Below, piece by piece: positions 23,201 through 34,900 of a stretch of DNA of 64,000 nt (its first letter is position 1; each line of letters opens with the position of its first letter). Below the pieces are notes generated by a model, which saw only the letters and a list, made by a program, of their open reading frames with translations, searched no databases and was not told the DNA's origin. Source of the stretch: Klebsormidium nitens (taxonomy: Eukaryota > Plantae > Klebsormidiophyceae). Location: positions 197,753 through 261,752 of the forward strand of contig DF236983.1 in NCBI GenBank assembly GCA_000708835.1, in the 5' to 3' direction. A program made the position numbers and the translations under genes.

Positions 23201-24793
23201 ACAGCGGCCCTGACGACGGTCCGCCATGTAAATAAGACCGATACAGTGACCCTAGGAACCACCTTCGGCGTGAGTAGTTCGGCCCTCGTTTTCGTACTAA
23301 TCTCAAGAAGCGATCAATGTCTGCAGTGCTCTTTCAGGCGCTGCTCATTCGTTGCTCCTCATCTGGCGGTTCCGTTCTTCTGGCGTCCTGCATCTCTTCC
23401 GCAAATCCGCCATCACTTTTCACGATTCCGTTGTCAGCGCTTCCTTGTATCTCCTGTAGTGATTTCCGACGTTTGTTCGATGGTTAAGCTTCGAAAATCA
23501 GTGATGAGATTGCCAGGAGTTACTAGATGTTGTCAGAGGTTGACGAAGATCACTGAACTGATTTCAGAGTTGCCAGAAGCGGTTGTCGTAGTCTCCGCCA
23601 CTTCGCTTCCTTTCGATTGCTCGTTGCGTTCGGACGCCCTGAAACAATCGTCGTCTCTGACTGTGCAGTCGCTCGCAAACCTGATGGGTGCATCGATGGA
23701 AGAACTCGCGAAATGTCCAGGGATTGGAGAAAAGAAGGTGAATCCCCAATGCCGCCTCTTTAGGGGAAATTTGCTGTATCTCCTTGGATGGTAACTTAGT
23801 TGCAATGGCCTTCTGGTTACGAGGCAGAAGCTCTGTTACTCATCTGGAGGATTGTGAGCTTGGCCCTTCCAGTAATTGCGGGTTGTGACCTCTTTCCCTA
23901 CGTTGTCCGCGCCAGTTACATCTTCTAGTCGCGGCTGGATGGGTCTGCGCGCTGGTTGGGACATCGACATGGCGCTAATACTCTTTCCGTGGTAGAGTAG
24001 CTTTGTGCATAATCTTGAGTCGCTATAAGACGTCAACTTCTTCTGTGCAATTGCACACGCACAGTGGTCGAAAGGCTGTGCACTTCAATTCTCGGGTGCT
24101 GCCATTCCTTAGCGACAACGTTCTGACTGGCTTTGTCCGTTCGGTGGTCGCTGCCACTGAGCCGCCACCCATGCCTTTCAACGCCTTCCTGCCTACGCTG
24201 ATTTTTCGCCCAAATTTGATATTTCAAAGTAAGCAGATTTCCATAACTTGCAGGTAAAACGGCTTTACGACGCGTTTCACGAGCCGTTCCGGCGCGCCAA
24301 GCCCGTGCGCGTGGATGCGCTGCTGGCGGGCGGAGCTTCGTCTGCCGGCAATCTAGAGGCACGGGCCGTTGCGGCCGTCGGCACTGAGTCGGCGAGTGCC
24401 GTAAAGGCGGCGGTCAGGGGCCCCGTTGTAGCGAGCATTAAGGCGACGTCAGCAATGCCGGAGTCCGAGGGCCAAGACTCGGAGGGTGGAGAAGATGCTT
24501 TGCATAGGGGGGACGATGACCTTGTAGATAGTTATGATGACGACGATGAGATTGAGGAGAATTTAGAGACGGACCTAGCCGAGTTTCTCGAGGCGCCGCC
24601 TCCGAGGCCAAAGCGCCAAAAGTTGGAGACGCGGAAGAAAGGGAGCGGGTCGGGCGGTGTGAATACGCGAAGGGCGAGCACGTTAGCGGAGGTCGCGGGG
24701 CGGAGATCAGATGATGCCGAAAAGACAGGAGTAGGGACTGACGAGGAGGAAAAAGTAGGCAGTGCTTATCAGAACGAAGTCGAAGTTATTTAA
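20286..24793 (+). CDS. ERCC1: DNA excision repair protein ERCC1 (Rad10), 8 exons
   Basis: Exons 20286-20873, 21255-21358, 21939-22038, 22343-22419, 22759-22858, 23198-23269, 23669-23737, 24254-24793, all phase-consistent. Motifs: [42 protein letters not shown], HhH motif [23 protein letters not shown]. Confidence 0.95.
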
Positions 24794-25616
24794 GGGTCTG
24801 AGCCGATGTAACCTGCTACAGTGCGCATTCAATGTGGCCGTTCATCCGTGCGCAGCGGCCTCTGCATCTCCATTTTACGTCGCTTCAGCAGAATCCTGAC
24901 GCTTGAAAGAATCATGAAGCAGGCAGCCTGCCAGCCAGAGCTTCCGCCAGTCAGTCATGACCTCGTGGTAAGCCATGGGCGCCTTGCAGCAAGCCTTTCA
25001 CCCGTTTGCTTGCCACTGCTATGCATGTAGCGAGGCCGCGCCGTATCTACACAGGAGCATTTGAGATCAAAGTCGACTTACCATGGTGCAACGAAGGGAG
25101 CCGCACACACGATGAAGTCTGCGTACTTCACTGCAGTGCCACGGTGCGCGCTTTATGGCAGGCAAGTGCGTATGCTTGTAACTTGCATAACCGGAGCTCC
25201 AATTGCTCATGCACACTGAGAACACGATCGAGCGACATACTATGCATGAAGTCTACGCCATCCATGTCCTGCATGAAAATTTTGGCCTATGCTAGCCATC
25301 TGTGCCTGGCTGATAAGCAAGATCATAGCACCGGCGTCGTTTACTGATGCATATGCACGCGCTTGAAATACCATGATGCGCGCGGTTCTTGCAACTTCCG
25401 ACCTCTTTAAAGCCTACGGCATTGTGGCCCATCATTGCGCATTCTATCCAATGCGCGTTTTCTTTACGACTTCTTCTCTAGCTGTGTGACATGCACGTTT
25501 CACATACGCCTCTGACCAGCATACGATCACTTCAGAAGAGCAGCAACCTTTTATCGAAGTCAGACGCTCATTGAAGCCTACCAAAAGTCCTGGCTTGTAC
25601 AATAAGACACCCGCAA

Positions 25617-28600
25617 TCACGGATACCAGTGTCCATGATAGAACGGCCCTGTCGGCTGATCCAAAGAGAACCCCAACTCGCCCTCCACCCCAACCTGCTC
25701 CAGCCGCTTTTTTGCCCCCATGTACTCCCAGAGATACCGACCGACGTGTGACGTCAGCGTTGCGACGACGTAGTCAGAGACCTGAGCCATGACGTAGAGC
25801 GTCGCCACGAAGTGCTCCTGAAGCTCGGCCTTGATCTCGGGGGGCACTTGGTCGTGGCCGTGGTACTCTTCGATGGCGGACCGGTTGAGGAGGGAGTTGT
25901 ACATGATGCGCACGCCTTTGCGCAGGCCGAAGGCGGCCGGGTCGCGCACGATTCGCTGCAGGAGCTCCTCCGAGTCGCACTCGACGAAGACCTAAACGAA
26001 GATAGAGAAGACCTCAAGAGTTGCATCTTATGCTGGACGCAATTGTGTTCCGGCTGCTGCTTGATGTGCTTAGATTACTCTTTTCACCAAGACTGTGTTT
26101 CGAAGTTCACGACTTGAGCGTCTTGAATCAATGATCAACACCGTCTGGAATTGTTCTGTGTTACGGGAAGATCTGCTGGAAAGACTTCTGGACGGCAGGT
26201 AAATACTCACCAGTTCGGCTTGGCTACTTGGATTTTGGGGCAATTTGCGAAACTTTGAATTATAGTCATCATAGAGAAAACCCTTATTCATGATTGCTCC
26301 CGTACCGTAGGCCATAGATAACCTCTGCTCTTTTTCAGCTCGGTAATTGTCCTCCCGTACTCAGAGGGATCTCTGTACTGCCGGTGTTCCTCCCAGTAAG
26401 GATCTGCACGACCGGAGTGGAAGAGTTCTGATGCACTTCAGATATCGCGACGTACGACTTGTCCAAAGGGGTTCCTTCTAGCAGATGCATGGAAAGTGGC
26501 AGTGAGGCGAAGGGGTACTACTGCTGCCTTTGGGGCCACAACTCACAAGGATCGTTGTTTTTCGATGCAATTTGGTAGCTTTCATGACTGACCTTCTGTC
26601 ATCTTGTCGACTCTGCGGATGTGCAGGCTAACAATTGGAGACTCTACGTCTGGATATTGGGCCATGATCGTCTCTGCGATGCTCTTGATCCTTGGCACCG
26701 GTTTCGTCATCCACTTTGCGATGACGGAAAACAGCATGAAGACCTGCGAAAAGTGAAGATCAGCCCGTGAACTTCCTCAAGCTTTCCAAAAGTGTCTACA
26801 TTCCGTTCGACAGCCGTTAGAAACCAACAATCTTTTGTTTTATGCATTATCCTTCTGCATTTTCCTTCTGCTCGCGCTCCGGCTTGCCAGATATGAAGTT
26901 AAGAGATTCAGAGCACGCACTTGAAGAAGGTGCTCATGACCGGGTACGATAAGTGGGCTGCGTTTGCCCTTGCTGAACAGTCCGGTACCGAAGAACAGGA
27001 ATGGGAACAAGACTCACTCTTTGAACTGACGTACTAGTGTACGGATCCCCTCCACCTTCCATGTAAACTGCGCCGGTTGCGACCAGATCCTCCCATAGTC
27101 CTGCCGGAGCTACATCTTCCCAAGTACCTGCCGAGATCCGAAAGATTGCAATTGACAGCACAGAATATAAGCACCTAAAATAAACAACAATCGTAGTTTT
27201 CGGTCAAGCGTTCCATCAAGCAAAACATGCGACCTGTACATCAGCCAGACTCTCGACAGAACCGGCCTTCAAAGAGGAGCTACTATGATGCTCATCCATC
27301 ATCCTTACCAGGCCAGCTTCTCAGCGTACCACTTCTGACCACTTGAAAAGCCTCTGTTTCAGCTCTTACTTCAGGGTTCCTGGCAGAAGAGTGCACTATT
27401 AGTGAAAACTTCAAGAGTTGATCATATGCCAAACAGATGTACGTGTATGCTCCTGATGAACGCGCGATGTAAGCTCGCGCGGACTCCAAATCCGGGATTC
27501 ATTGCACGAAATCATAAAGCACCGGGGTTTCTGCGCAGACCTTATTGAAAACGTTACATGCCTGACTTGAAAATCAGGCATCTTCTGACCTTGAGAATCC
27601 GATTCTATTCCTATTGGTCAGAAGTGAAACATGGCTCACCAGAAGGGCCAGTCGTCTAGCTTCCCAAAAGTTGAGCTCTGTCGGGGCTGATCTCCAAGCT
27701 CGCACCTTGTCACGTTGAAGAAGCTGGCAGCACGGAAAAGTTTTGGTCAGAAATTATGGTGAGTGTTGAAGAGATGCTGGTAAAGCTTGCAAATCAGGCG
27801 CCTCCAAAACAGCACAAGGAAAAGCTAGCAGAGGACAAGGAAAGAAGTCTGTTGTCAAAGAGGGACAGAGGATGCATGCGAACCAACTGATGGTCTTGTC
27901 GCTGCATCCGTCCCATGCAGCCGTTCTCCAAGGCTTTTTGGGGTCCACTTCTAGCCCTTGGAAGACGACCGTCCTGTTCGTTTGGAGGCCGACGACTAGG
28001 GCGCGGATGGCAGCGTTGAAATTCCACATCAACCCAGAGACGTCAGAGTCCACCACGAGCCACTTGTTCTGGGAGCAGGCTTTTGGATGCTGGATTGCAT
28101 CGAGGCGCTTCTCAATGTAGGCTTCAGCATCTGTTGGGAGGGTTGAATGCAGGTCACTTCTATCTGCGAAAGGCTTCTTATCTTTTCTCGCGCAAGGCAT
28201 AACGTTGCAACATTTTGGTTTCAACCTAAGATTATGCATAGACCGTTTCTAATACGGTGCCTGCAACGCTCACCTTCCGTCCAGCGCAAAGCCTTGGTCG
28301 CGAACTCTGAAGCTTCGACTGCCTTGTCCTGCTGCTTCTGGTCAGGGTTGATTTTCGAGGTAGAGTTGACATCAGCCTTTTTCAAGGACGAGGTATCAAT
28401 GTCATGCGTATATCCGATGAAGTCAGTGTTCTTCATATCTGTTGATCGATGTGTATTTCCAGTTCCTCGCTCCTCCTCCCGCTTCCTTCCGTGTGGCCGG
28501 CCCCTTATAAGGTCAAGCTGTTCATGGTCATACTGAATAATTTCTGTTGGAGGAAAAGGATTCAATGATTCCTCAGAACTTTGTTGATCAAGTGGTTCTG

Positions 28601-28910
28601 CAAACAGGCTTGAAAAGGGATCTTCGAGGTCCACTGTGTTGACGCTTGTTTCAAGTTTCCCATCCTTCCTTCCTTTGGATCTATGTCCGTTTAGTTGAAG
28701 ATCCGAGCGAATGTAATTCATCAGGCTGGGTCTTCTGACATGGATAATCTCTGGTAGTTCAGACACTGGAGACTCCTTTTTTGTGCCACCTTTTGCCGTT
28801 GTCAAGTTTCGATACAGCGCGGGGCTCATCGTCATCACGACAAGAAGCATGCCTAGTAAAGCAAGAAGCCTTCCATGCAATAAGAGTGCTCTGAGAGAGA
28901 AGGGCGCCAT
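25617..28910 (-). CDS. GT23 / FUT8-like alpha-1,6-fucosyltransferase-family type II membrane protein
   Basis: N-terminal TM anchor and S/E-rich stem (28910-28274), then EKRLDAIQHPKACSQNKWLV (28130-27884), motif I IVSLHIRRVDK (HIRRVDK at 26603-26623), VFVECDS, and YVMAQVSDYVVATLTSHVGRYLWEYM..SLD. Order matches the FUT8 catalytic motifs. Some internal exon boundaries are unresolved. Confidence 0.75.
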
Positions 28911-29263
28911 CGCGCGCGAGAGAATCTCAGCTTGCTCCCTTGAGGTTGTGCGGAAGAAGAGCATTCGTGAACATGGAAGTGGAGTATCGAATGATGCTGC
29001 ACTGACTAAGATACCCTGACTTCATGAGGAGAATGTCATTGGTGAGTCGCTCTGTTGGACGGGCTTGCTCCAGAATCCTTCGTCAATCTGGTTCTGACGT
29101 CATTGTTTTGACTGAGGGGAGCTACTGCTTGTTTGCCTGCCAGCTTGTAATTAGCGTTGAGCCCGAGCGTCCTCGACGACGTCACTGACAAATCCAAGAG
29201 ATTTTAAATGCGAGGTCGCACTAAGATTTGTAATCTTAAACCCTGCCGATCACGTCCAAGACC

Positions 29264-30652
29264 ATGCAAAACCCCTTCGGACAAACGGGCACGTCACGCG
29301 GCCGGCCGCGTCTCAGCAGGCCGACCGAACAAAGCGGTCAAAGGCAACATTTGTGTGAACAAACTCTTGAGTCTCAGCTTGAAAGCAAACAGCCTCTGTC
29401 GCCTGTAAAGATGGGCCGCATGGGAGCCTGCATCGCAGCATCGGGTTTTATCGGGTTGTGCTTTTGCTGGGGTCGGTCAAGTTGCCTTGGAATTAAGCAA
29501 AGTCCGTCTCAAAGCAGGATTGAGGACTTCAGACAGAAGACGGAAGCGGCGGCCCTGATGAATGACTTCTCTCTGCCAAAACGGTCTGGAAATGGCAGCA
29601 CGCGTGCGTGCGAGCTGCCTGCTCCAGGTATTCATGAAAGCGTAGAAGAGACGGAGAGTAGCGAAGCATCTCAGAGTAGGGGTAACCAAACCGTTCAAGA
29701 GAAGACGGAGTTGGCTGCTCCAGTGAACCTGAGTCCTGTGACATCGGGGGAGCCTGAAACTCACACACATCTTTACGGGGAAATCGAAAATAGAAATAGT
29801 GAAAAAGAGCTGACAACTAGTATATCCCTCTTGAACAAACCACCTGACTCAGCCGCCTCGGTGGAACATGTCGTAGGATCTTCTCCACAATTGGAGTCTT
29901 CAAACGAAACAGAAAGTTGTACGCGCTCGTACGTCCCGACTCCTTTGGGAAGGGAAAAGGCAGCGGATTCTTACAGAGCAACGTCCTCTGTGGCATCCGA
30001 CTTTCAGAGTCTTCCTCTGGAATTGCAAGAAGGCATCCTGAGAATTGCACTTAGCCAGGAAGGAGCTTGGGATCGTGCTTGGTTAACCCCTGGAACTCTA
30101 CGATCCTGCAGGCTTGTCTGCAAGGCCTGGCTGGACGTTTGCAAGAGGCAAACAAGGATCGTCACGATCGAATATGATTCTGATCAGCACTATGACGCGA
30201 AAAGGAATGTCTATTTTGGCAGCAACTTCCACGGCTTTCATGTAATCTTTCGAATCACAAACTCCGTCTTTGTAAGGGTATCCACGCGGGGCCGCAAACA
30301 TTGGGGAAGCTTGGCGGTACAATTTCGAGATCTGGGGGGACACCTCTGCACTTTCGAACAATGGTTTGAGACTCGACATGAAGCCATCATAGCTCATGCC
30401 AAGACCAGTGGACGCTGCTACACAGACTCGGCCGACGATTGTGCACCTAATGAATGTAACTCTCTCAGAGTAGAGGCTCAGGGGATCAGGGTTTTGTTCT
30501 CGTCGTGGGGCAGAAGGCACGTAAAACAACTTGCTCTCTGCTTCCAAGGCTGCTGTAAAATGCACGAACACGTCTGTGGTCGATGTACCAGCGCCGGGTT
30601 GTCCTCGCTTTGGTCCATCTCCGGGCTGTCATCAGAGCTAAGTGCCTGCTAA
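29264..30652 (+). CDS. F-box-like domain protein (start codon and possible introns uncertain)
   Basis: 462-codon ORF with FQSLPLELQEGILRIAL..TLRSCRLVCKAWLDVC (about 30001-30140), matching the F-box LP.E...IL..L..VCK.W pattern, after a low-complexity S/E/T region. Confidence 0.6.
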   Translation: MQNPFGQTGTSRGRPRLSRPTEQSGQRQHLCEQTLESQLESKQPLSPVKMGRMGACIAASGFIGLCFCWGRSSCLGIKQSPSQSRIEDFRQKTEAAALMNDFSLPKRSGNGSTRACELPAPGIHESVEETESSEASQSRGNQTVQEKTELAAPVNLSPVTSGEPETHTHLYGEIENRNSEKELTTSISLLNKPPDSAASVEHVVGSSPQLESSNETESCTRSYVPTPLGREKAADSYRATSSVASDFQSLPLELQEGILRIALSQEGAWDRAWLTPGTLRSCRLVCKAWLDVCKRQTRIVTIEYDSDQHYDAKRNVYFGSNFHGFHVIFRITNSVFVRVSTRGRKHWGSLAVQFRDLGGHLCTFEQWFETRHEAIIAHAKTSGRCYTDSADDCAPNECNSLRVEAQGIRVLFSSWGRRHVKQLALCFQGCCKMHEHVCGRCTSAGLSSLWSISGLSSELSAC

Positions 30653-30768
30653 ATGGTCATGCAGCGGCTTGTCCTTAGACGGATGCCCTAAGAGCTTAGG
30701 ATTTTAGACCAGGCAGGTCCACTCGCAGTCCGAGTAGGTAAGGCGCGACGTCGACTTCTGACTTCGAT

Positions 30769-30912
30769 ATCGATATGCAGAATAATTTGCACAGGAATAG
30801 GAAGCTTCTACAAAGCTCGAAACTCTTTTCAATCAAGCTTATCGATATGCAGAATAATTTGCACAGGAATAGGAAGCTTCTACAAAGCTCGAAACTCTTT
30901 CCAATCAAGCTC
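30769..30912. repeat. 72-nt tandem duplication, near-perfect
   Basis: atcgatatgcagaataatttgcacaggaataggaagcttctacaaagctcgaaactctttYcaatcaagctY at 30769-30840 and 30841-30912. Confidence 0.92.
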
Positions 30913-31929
30913 AGGTGATCAATTATGTACATATCAGAGGCAGTGGATGTGAGCTTGCTGATTGATGGGGGATTGATTTCAAAAGCGTGTGCGAAGAGTC
31001 GAGATGCTGAACTGCTGCACACAGTCGAGCCGACAAAGCTGCAATAGCATCAGACGCATATATACATCGGCCCGCAGAAACGTTTGCAAGATCGGATTCT
31101 GCGACAGCCACGCATAAGTACATGTGCTGCAGCTTACTCTGTGGGCTACGCGGCTTTGCTGCCGTAAAATCATGAACAAGCTTCATCATAGGAGGATTTA
31201 TGATACATATACATGACTTGATAAAGAAAGTCTATCGATGGGCGGCCACTACTATGTATTTGTTATGCAGATGTGTGGTACAAGTCAACTTCTTCGAAAG
31301 CTGAAACATGACCTGTCGTTGCCCACATTGCACAACGTCAAACGTCAGCAGCATCTCTGGCACAGAAAATTCTCCTGATGAGCACTCCCGGAGTGCTCCC
31401 ATGAGGCTTCAGAATTTCAGAATCAGACTACCGAGGGGACTACCCTGGTACCCCTTGACGTCAAGCTGATAGCGACGTTATACAAGAGCTTGAAAACAAT
31501 ACGATCTCGGACCAACGAAGGAGCGATCGCCTTGCCCTCCTTTACACGAACTACAACTCTCGTTAATTCTTTGGCATGTCAGCATACAGTTGCATCTCAT
31601 CAATGCACTGATGTCTCTTTTCGTATTTGCGCTAGCCAGATGGGCGTTGGGCTTCTCATGGCACACATATATGAATGTCGATCGTAGGTATCTCAAGGCT
31701 ATGCCCGTGCTTTGTTCCGCAGCTTGAAAGCGTGAGGAACGAGCCTGGAAAGCATGGATCTCGATGGGATCCCCCGTCGCCACACGACGCGCCCGCGGTT
31801 TCAGCATCCGATCTAGTTCAATGTTGTCGCGCGGTAACGCATGGATCGCCACGGTAATGGACGCTCATGCCCCTGTATGCAGTGCGTGTGAGGGATAATG
31901 TGACTGAGCTGCCCTACGGTGAGGTAGAA

Positions 31930-34900
31930 ATGGCGCCCACGAAGAGGAAGGCGCTGAGCAACCACCCCCAAGAAATGAAGCGAAGGCGAAGCGTGGAGAA
32001 AAGTACTGACCCTGCATTGCGGCAGACTGCTCCTTTGGCTAACGGCCGGCGGAAAGTGTCTTCACCCGAGCTTGAGTCCAGCTCTTCAAGTTCGATGGGA
32101 GAGGAAAAAGAGGAAAGCGAACCCGAGAGCTCAGAGGAGCCAGCTCAGTCCGGAAGCTCAGGTGGTGGCGAGGAGAGTGATGATAATGGCCGCCAGAGCA
32201 GCGAGGAGACAATCAGCGGTGATGTCTCTGGGGCATCATCCGGTGATGACGAAAAGAGGTCTATGGCGACCAGCGATTCTGAGGAGGGTTCAGGTGAGTG
32301 CAGCTTTGTCTGTGCTTTCACGAAGGGCTTTGGAAAACCAGTAGTACTCTGGCAAGTGAAAAGCATGTTACACCACCTTTTTACTAAACGTGGTGCCTTG
32401 AACTGCGTGCATTCTGTACCTTTGATGCACTTTCTTATTTCGCAACATTTTAGTTGAGCTGATGCTCATGAGGTGCCTCTCTTTGGATTCTAAGTTGTTA
32501 GACATGCATAGATTAGCAGCAGCCCATCATGAATGCATTTTGACGACGCTTGAGTTTTTATCTATCCTGAGAGCGAAATGGCGGTGTGGCAAGAGCTAGG
32601 CCGGTCTACATTGTGGGGATCTTGATTATCATTTGCACCATCTTGTCTCTTCTATTGCTGTGAAGCAGCTTTTTGCTTCTTAACACACGTCAGCGCGTAA
32701 ACATGTCACTGCTGGAGATCTTAGCATCAAGCAAGCAGAGACTTAAAGTACTCTGATGGGACTTCACAACTGACCAGTTAGCAGGTTCTGACGTTGCGTG
32801 CTGAAATCAAAAACAAAAGCTGGTGGTGGTTGTCAGCGCCAAGCTCCCTTTCCTAGAAGGCGCCTTAGCGCGCACTTGGCATAGTTCTTCAGCCCCATTT
32901 CAAAGCTTGTCCAGCTCTTGACAAAGGTCAACTGATGGAGGTAGAGAAACCAGTTTTTGAAGGTTCTTTTAGTCGCACAGTGCTGTCGTTTGGACAGTAT
33001 GCTGCTGAGAGACCAAGAGACTCTTTAAACACACCATAATATTGTGCAGCATTGCAAATCAAGCATCATCTAGCTCTCAAACTGCGTTCTAAGCAGAGAA
33101 CACTTCCTTCCTGCAGGCCAGTCTAGTGAAACAGGCTCAGAGCCCGAAAAAGGGCTGGCTGAGAAACGAGAGGCCCTAGCGGCGGCGCTGGCGGCTGCAC
33201 AAGTGGTGATGAAAGCTGACGTCAAGGCAGGGGCGGAGATCCTGAAAGCGGCCTCGAGGCTCGCTGAGGAGATTGACGGGATGGAGCAAAAGGAAGAGAC
33301 CAGTGGAAGCTCGGACAATGACGAAGTCGAAGGGGCTGATGCTGTATCAGAGTCCAGTCAAGAGGAAGCATCGTACTCTGAGTCAGGGTCAATTGAAAAG
33401 AGTGAAGCTAGTGAGAGTGGTGATTCGGAAGCGACCGATGGGGAGACGAGCTCTGGGGAGGCATCTGATGAGGACGGTTCAGATGGTTCGGAGAACTCAA
33501 AGAACCCAAGGAATCTGGCGAGCGAGTTTGAGAGGGCGAATACTGATGATGAGGAAAGCAGCAGCGGAGAAGAGTCAGATGAGGACAAAAGCGAGGACCT
33601 GGTTGAGAGGACGGAAGATTCTGATGCCGAATCCAGCGGGTCGGAAGGAAGTGAAGTTTCGGAGGAAAAAGCATCTGACAGGGAGAAGCGCGCAGCCGGA
33701 GAGAGCCGCACTTCAGAGGACGAAATGTCAGAGGAAGCGGAAGGGTCTGACGACAGTGAAGCTTCAGAAACATCTCACGAAGGAAGCTCAGACAAAGAGG
33801 ACGAGTCTAATGCTAGCGAAAGCTTGCGAGCGTCAGCCGAGTCTGATGAAGAGGGCGATAAGGGGTCTGAGAGTGGGGACGAGAGCAATGGGGAGTCTGG
33901 GGGCTCTGATGAGGAGGGTCACGGGGCCGCAAAGGGAGCCTTGAATGGTGGGGGGGAGAAGGGAGCCCTGGAGCTTGGGAAGCGGAAGGAGAGGGATACA
34001 ATGGATGGGGAGACCAGGTGCGTAGAGGGTTGTTTGTTACAGAAGGTTACGTTCTGAGAAGTGGTCACGAGATGATTTCTTTTGCCAAAAACCGCTCTTG
34101 TGCACAGTCCTTCGAGGAAGGCAACATGAGGCCCCTCGAGTTCGTAATTTCCTCAGATCCGCAGCCGAGTTTGTGCCCTTGTGTACGAACAAACATGGTC
34201 CGGAAGAAGCTCTTCACCAGAGCGAGCTGGTTCGAAGATATCGCTTCCGCTTGATCGTTGCTGACCTTTCCGTGTAAGAGCACTGCGGCTGATAGGTGTG
34301 TTTGACAGGGTCTTTTCGCAATGACAGACACTCTCTGGGACCCGCTCTGCGTCTTGCATTTTTCCTCTGAGCTCTGGTGCTGAAGTCGGCAAAACTTGGG
34401 GCGAACAGGAGTCATTTGAGAACGCTCAGCTTGTTGCGGGGTTCGCAGGCACCAGAACGGCCCCCAAAGGTACCTCGATCGGGTCCAACATCCAATGGGA
34501 CAACTCTGAACTCAATTTATCATCGGTTTTTCCACCAACCCTGGAACTGCAGGCGGTGTACGCAAGCAGAGTGCAGTGCAAGGAGCGTACAAATGCACGG
34601 TGCCTTGCTAACAAACGGTATGAGTTGCATACCATTTCTCACTAGCTGCCGCTTTTTGAATAGGGCTGGACAGGTGGATCCGAAGCGCGTGTACGTCGGG
34701 GGCATGCCGTTTACAACGACTGAGGACGACATTCACCAGTACTTTGGCGAGTGCGGCACGATCGCAGACCTGGACTTCTGCACGTTTCCGGACACGGGCA
34801 ATTTCAACGGGATCTGCTTCATCACCTTCAAGGTAAGGTTTCTCAAGATATTGTCGATACTTTTCTGGACGGAGGTTAGAGTAAGCAAGTCAGGAGGACT

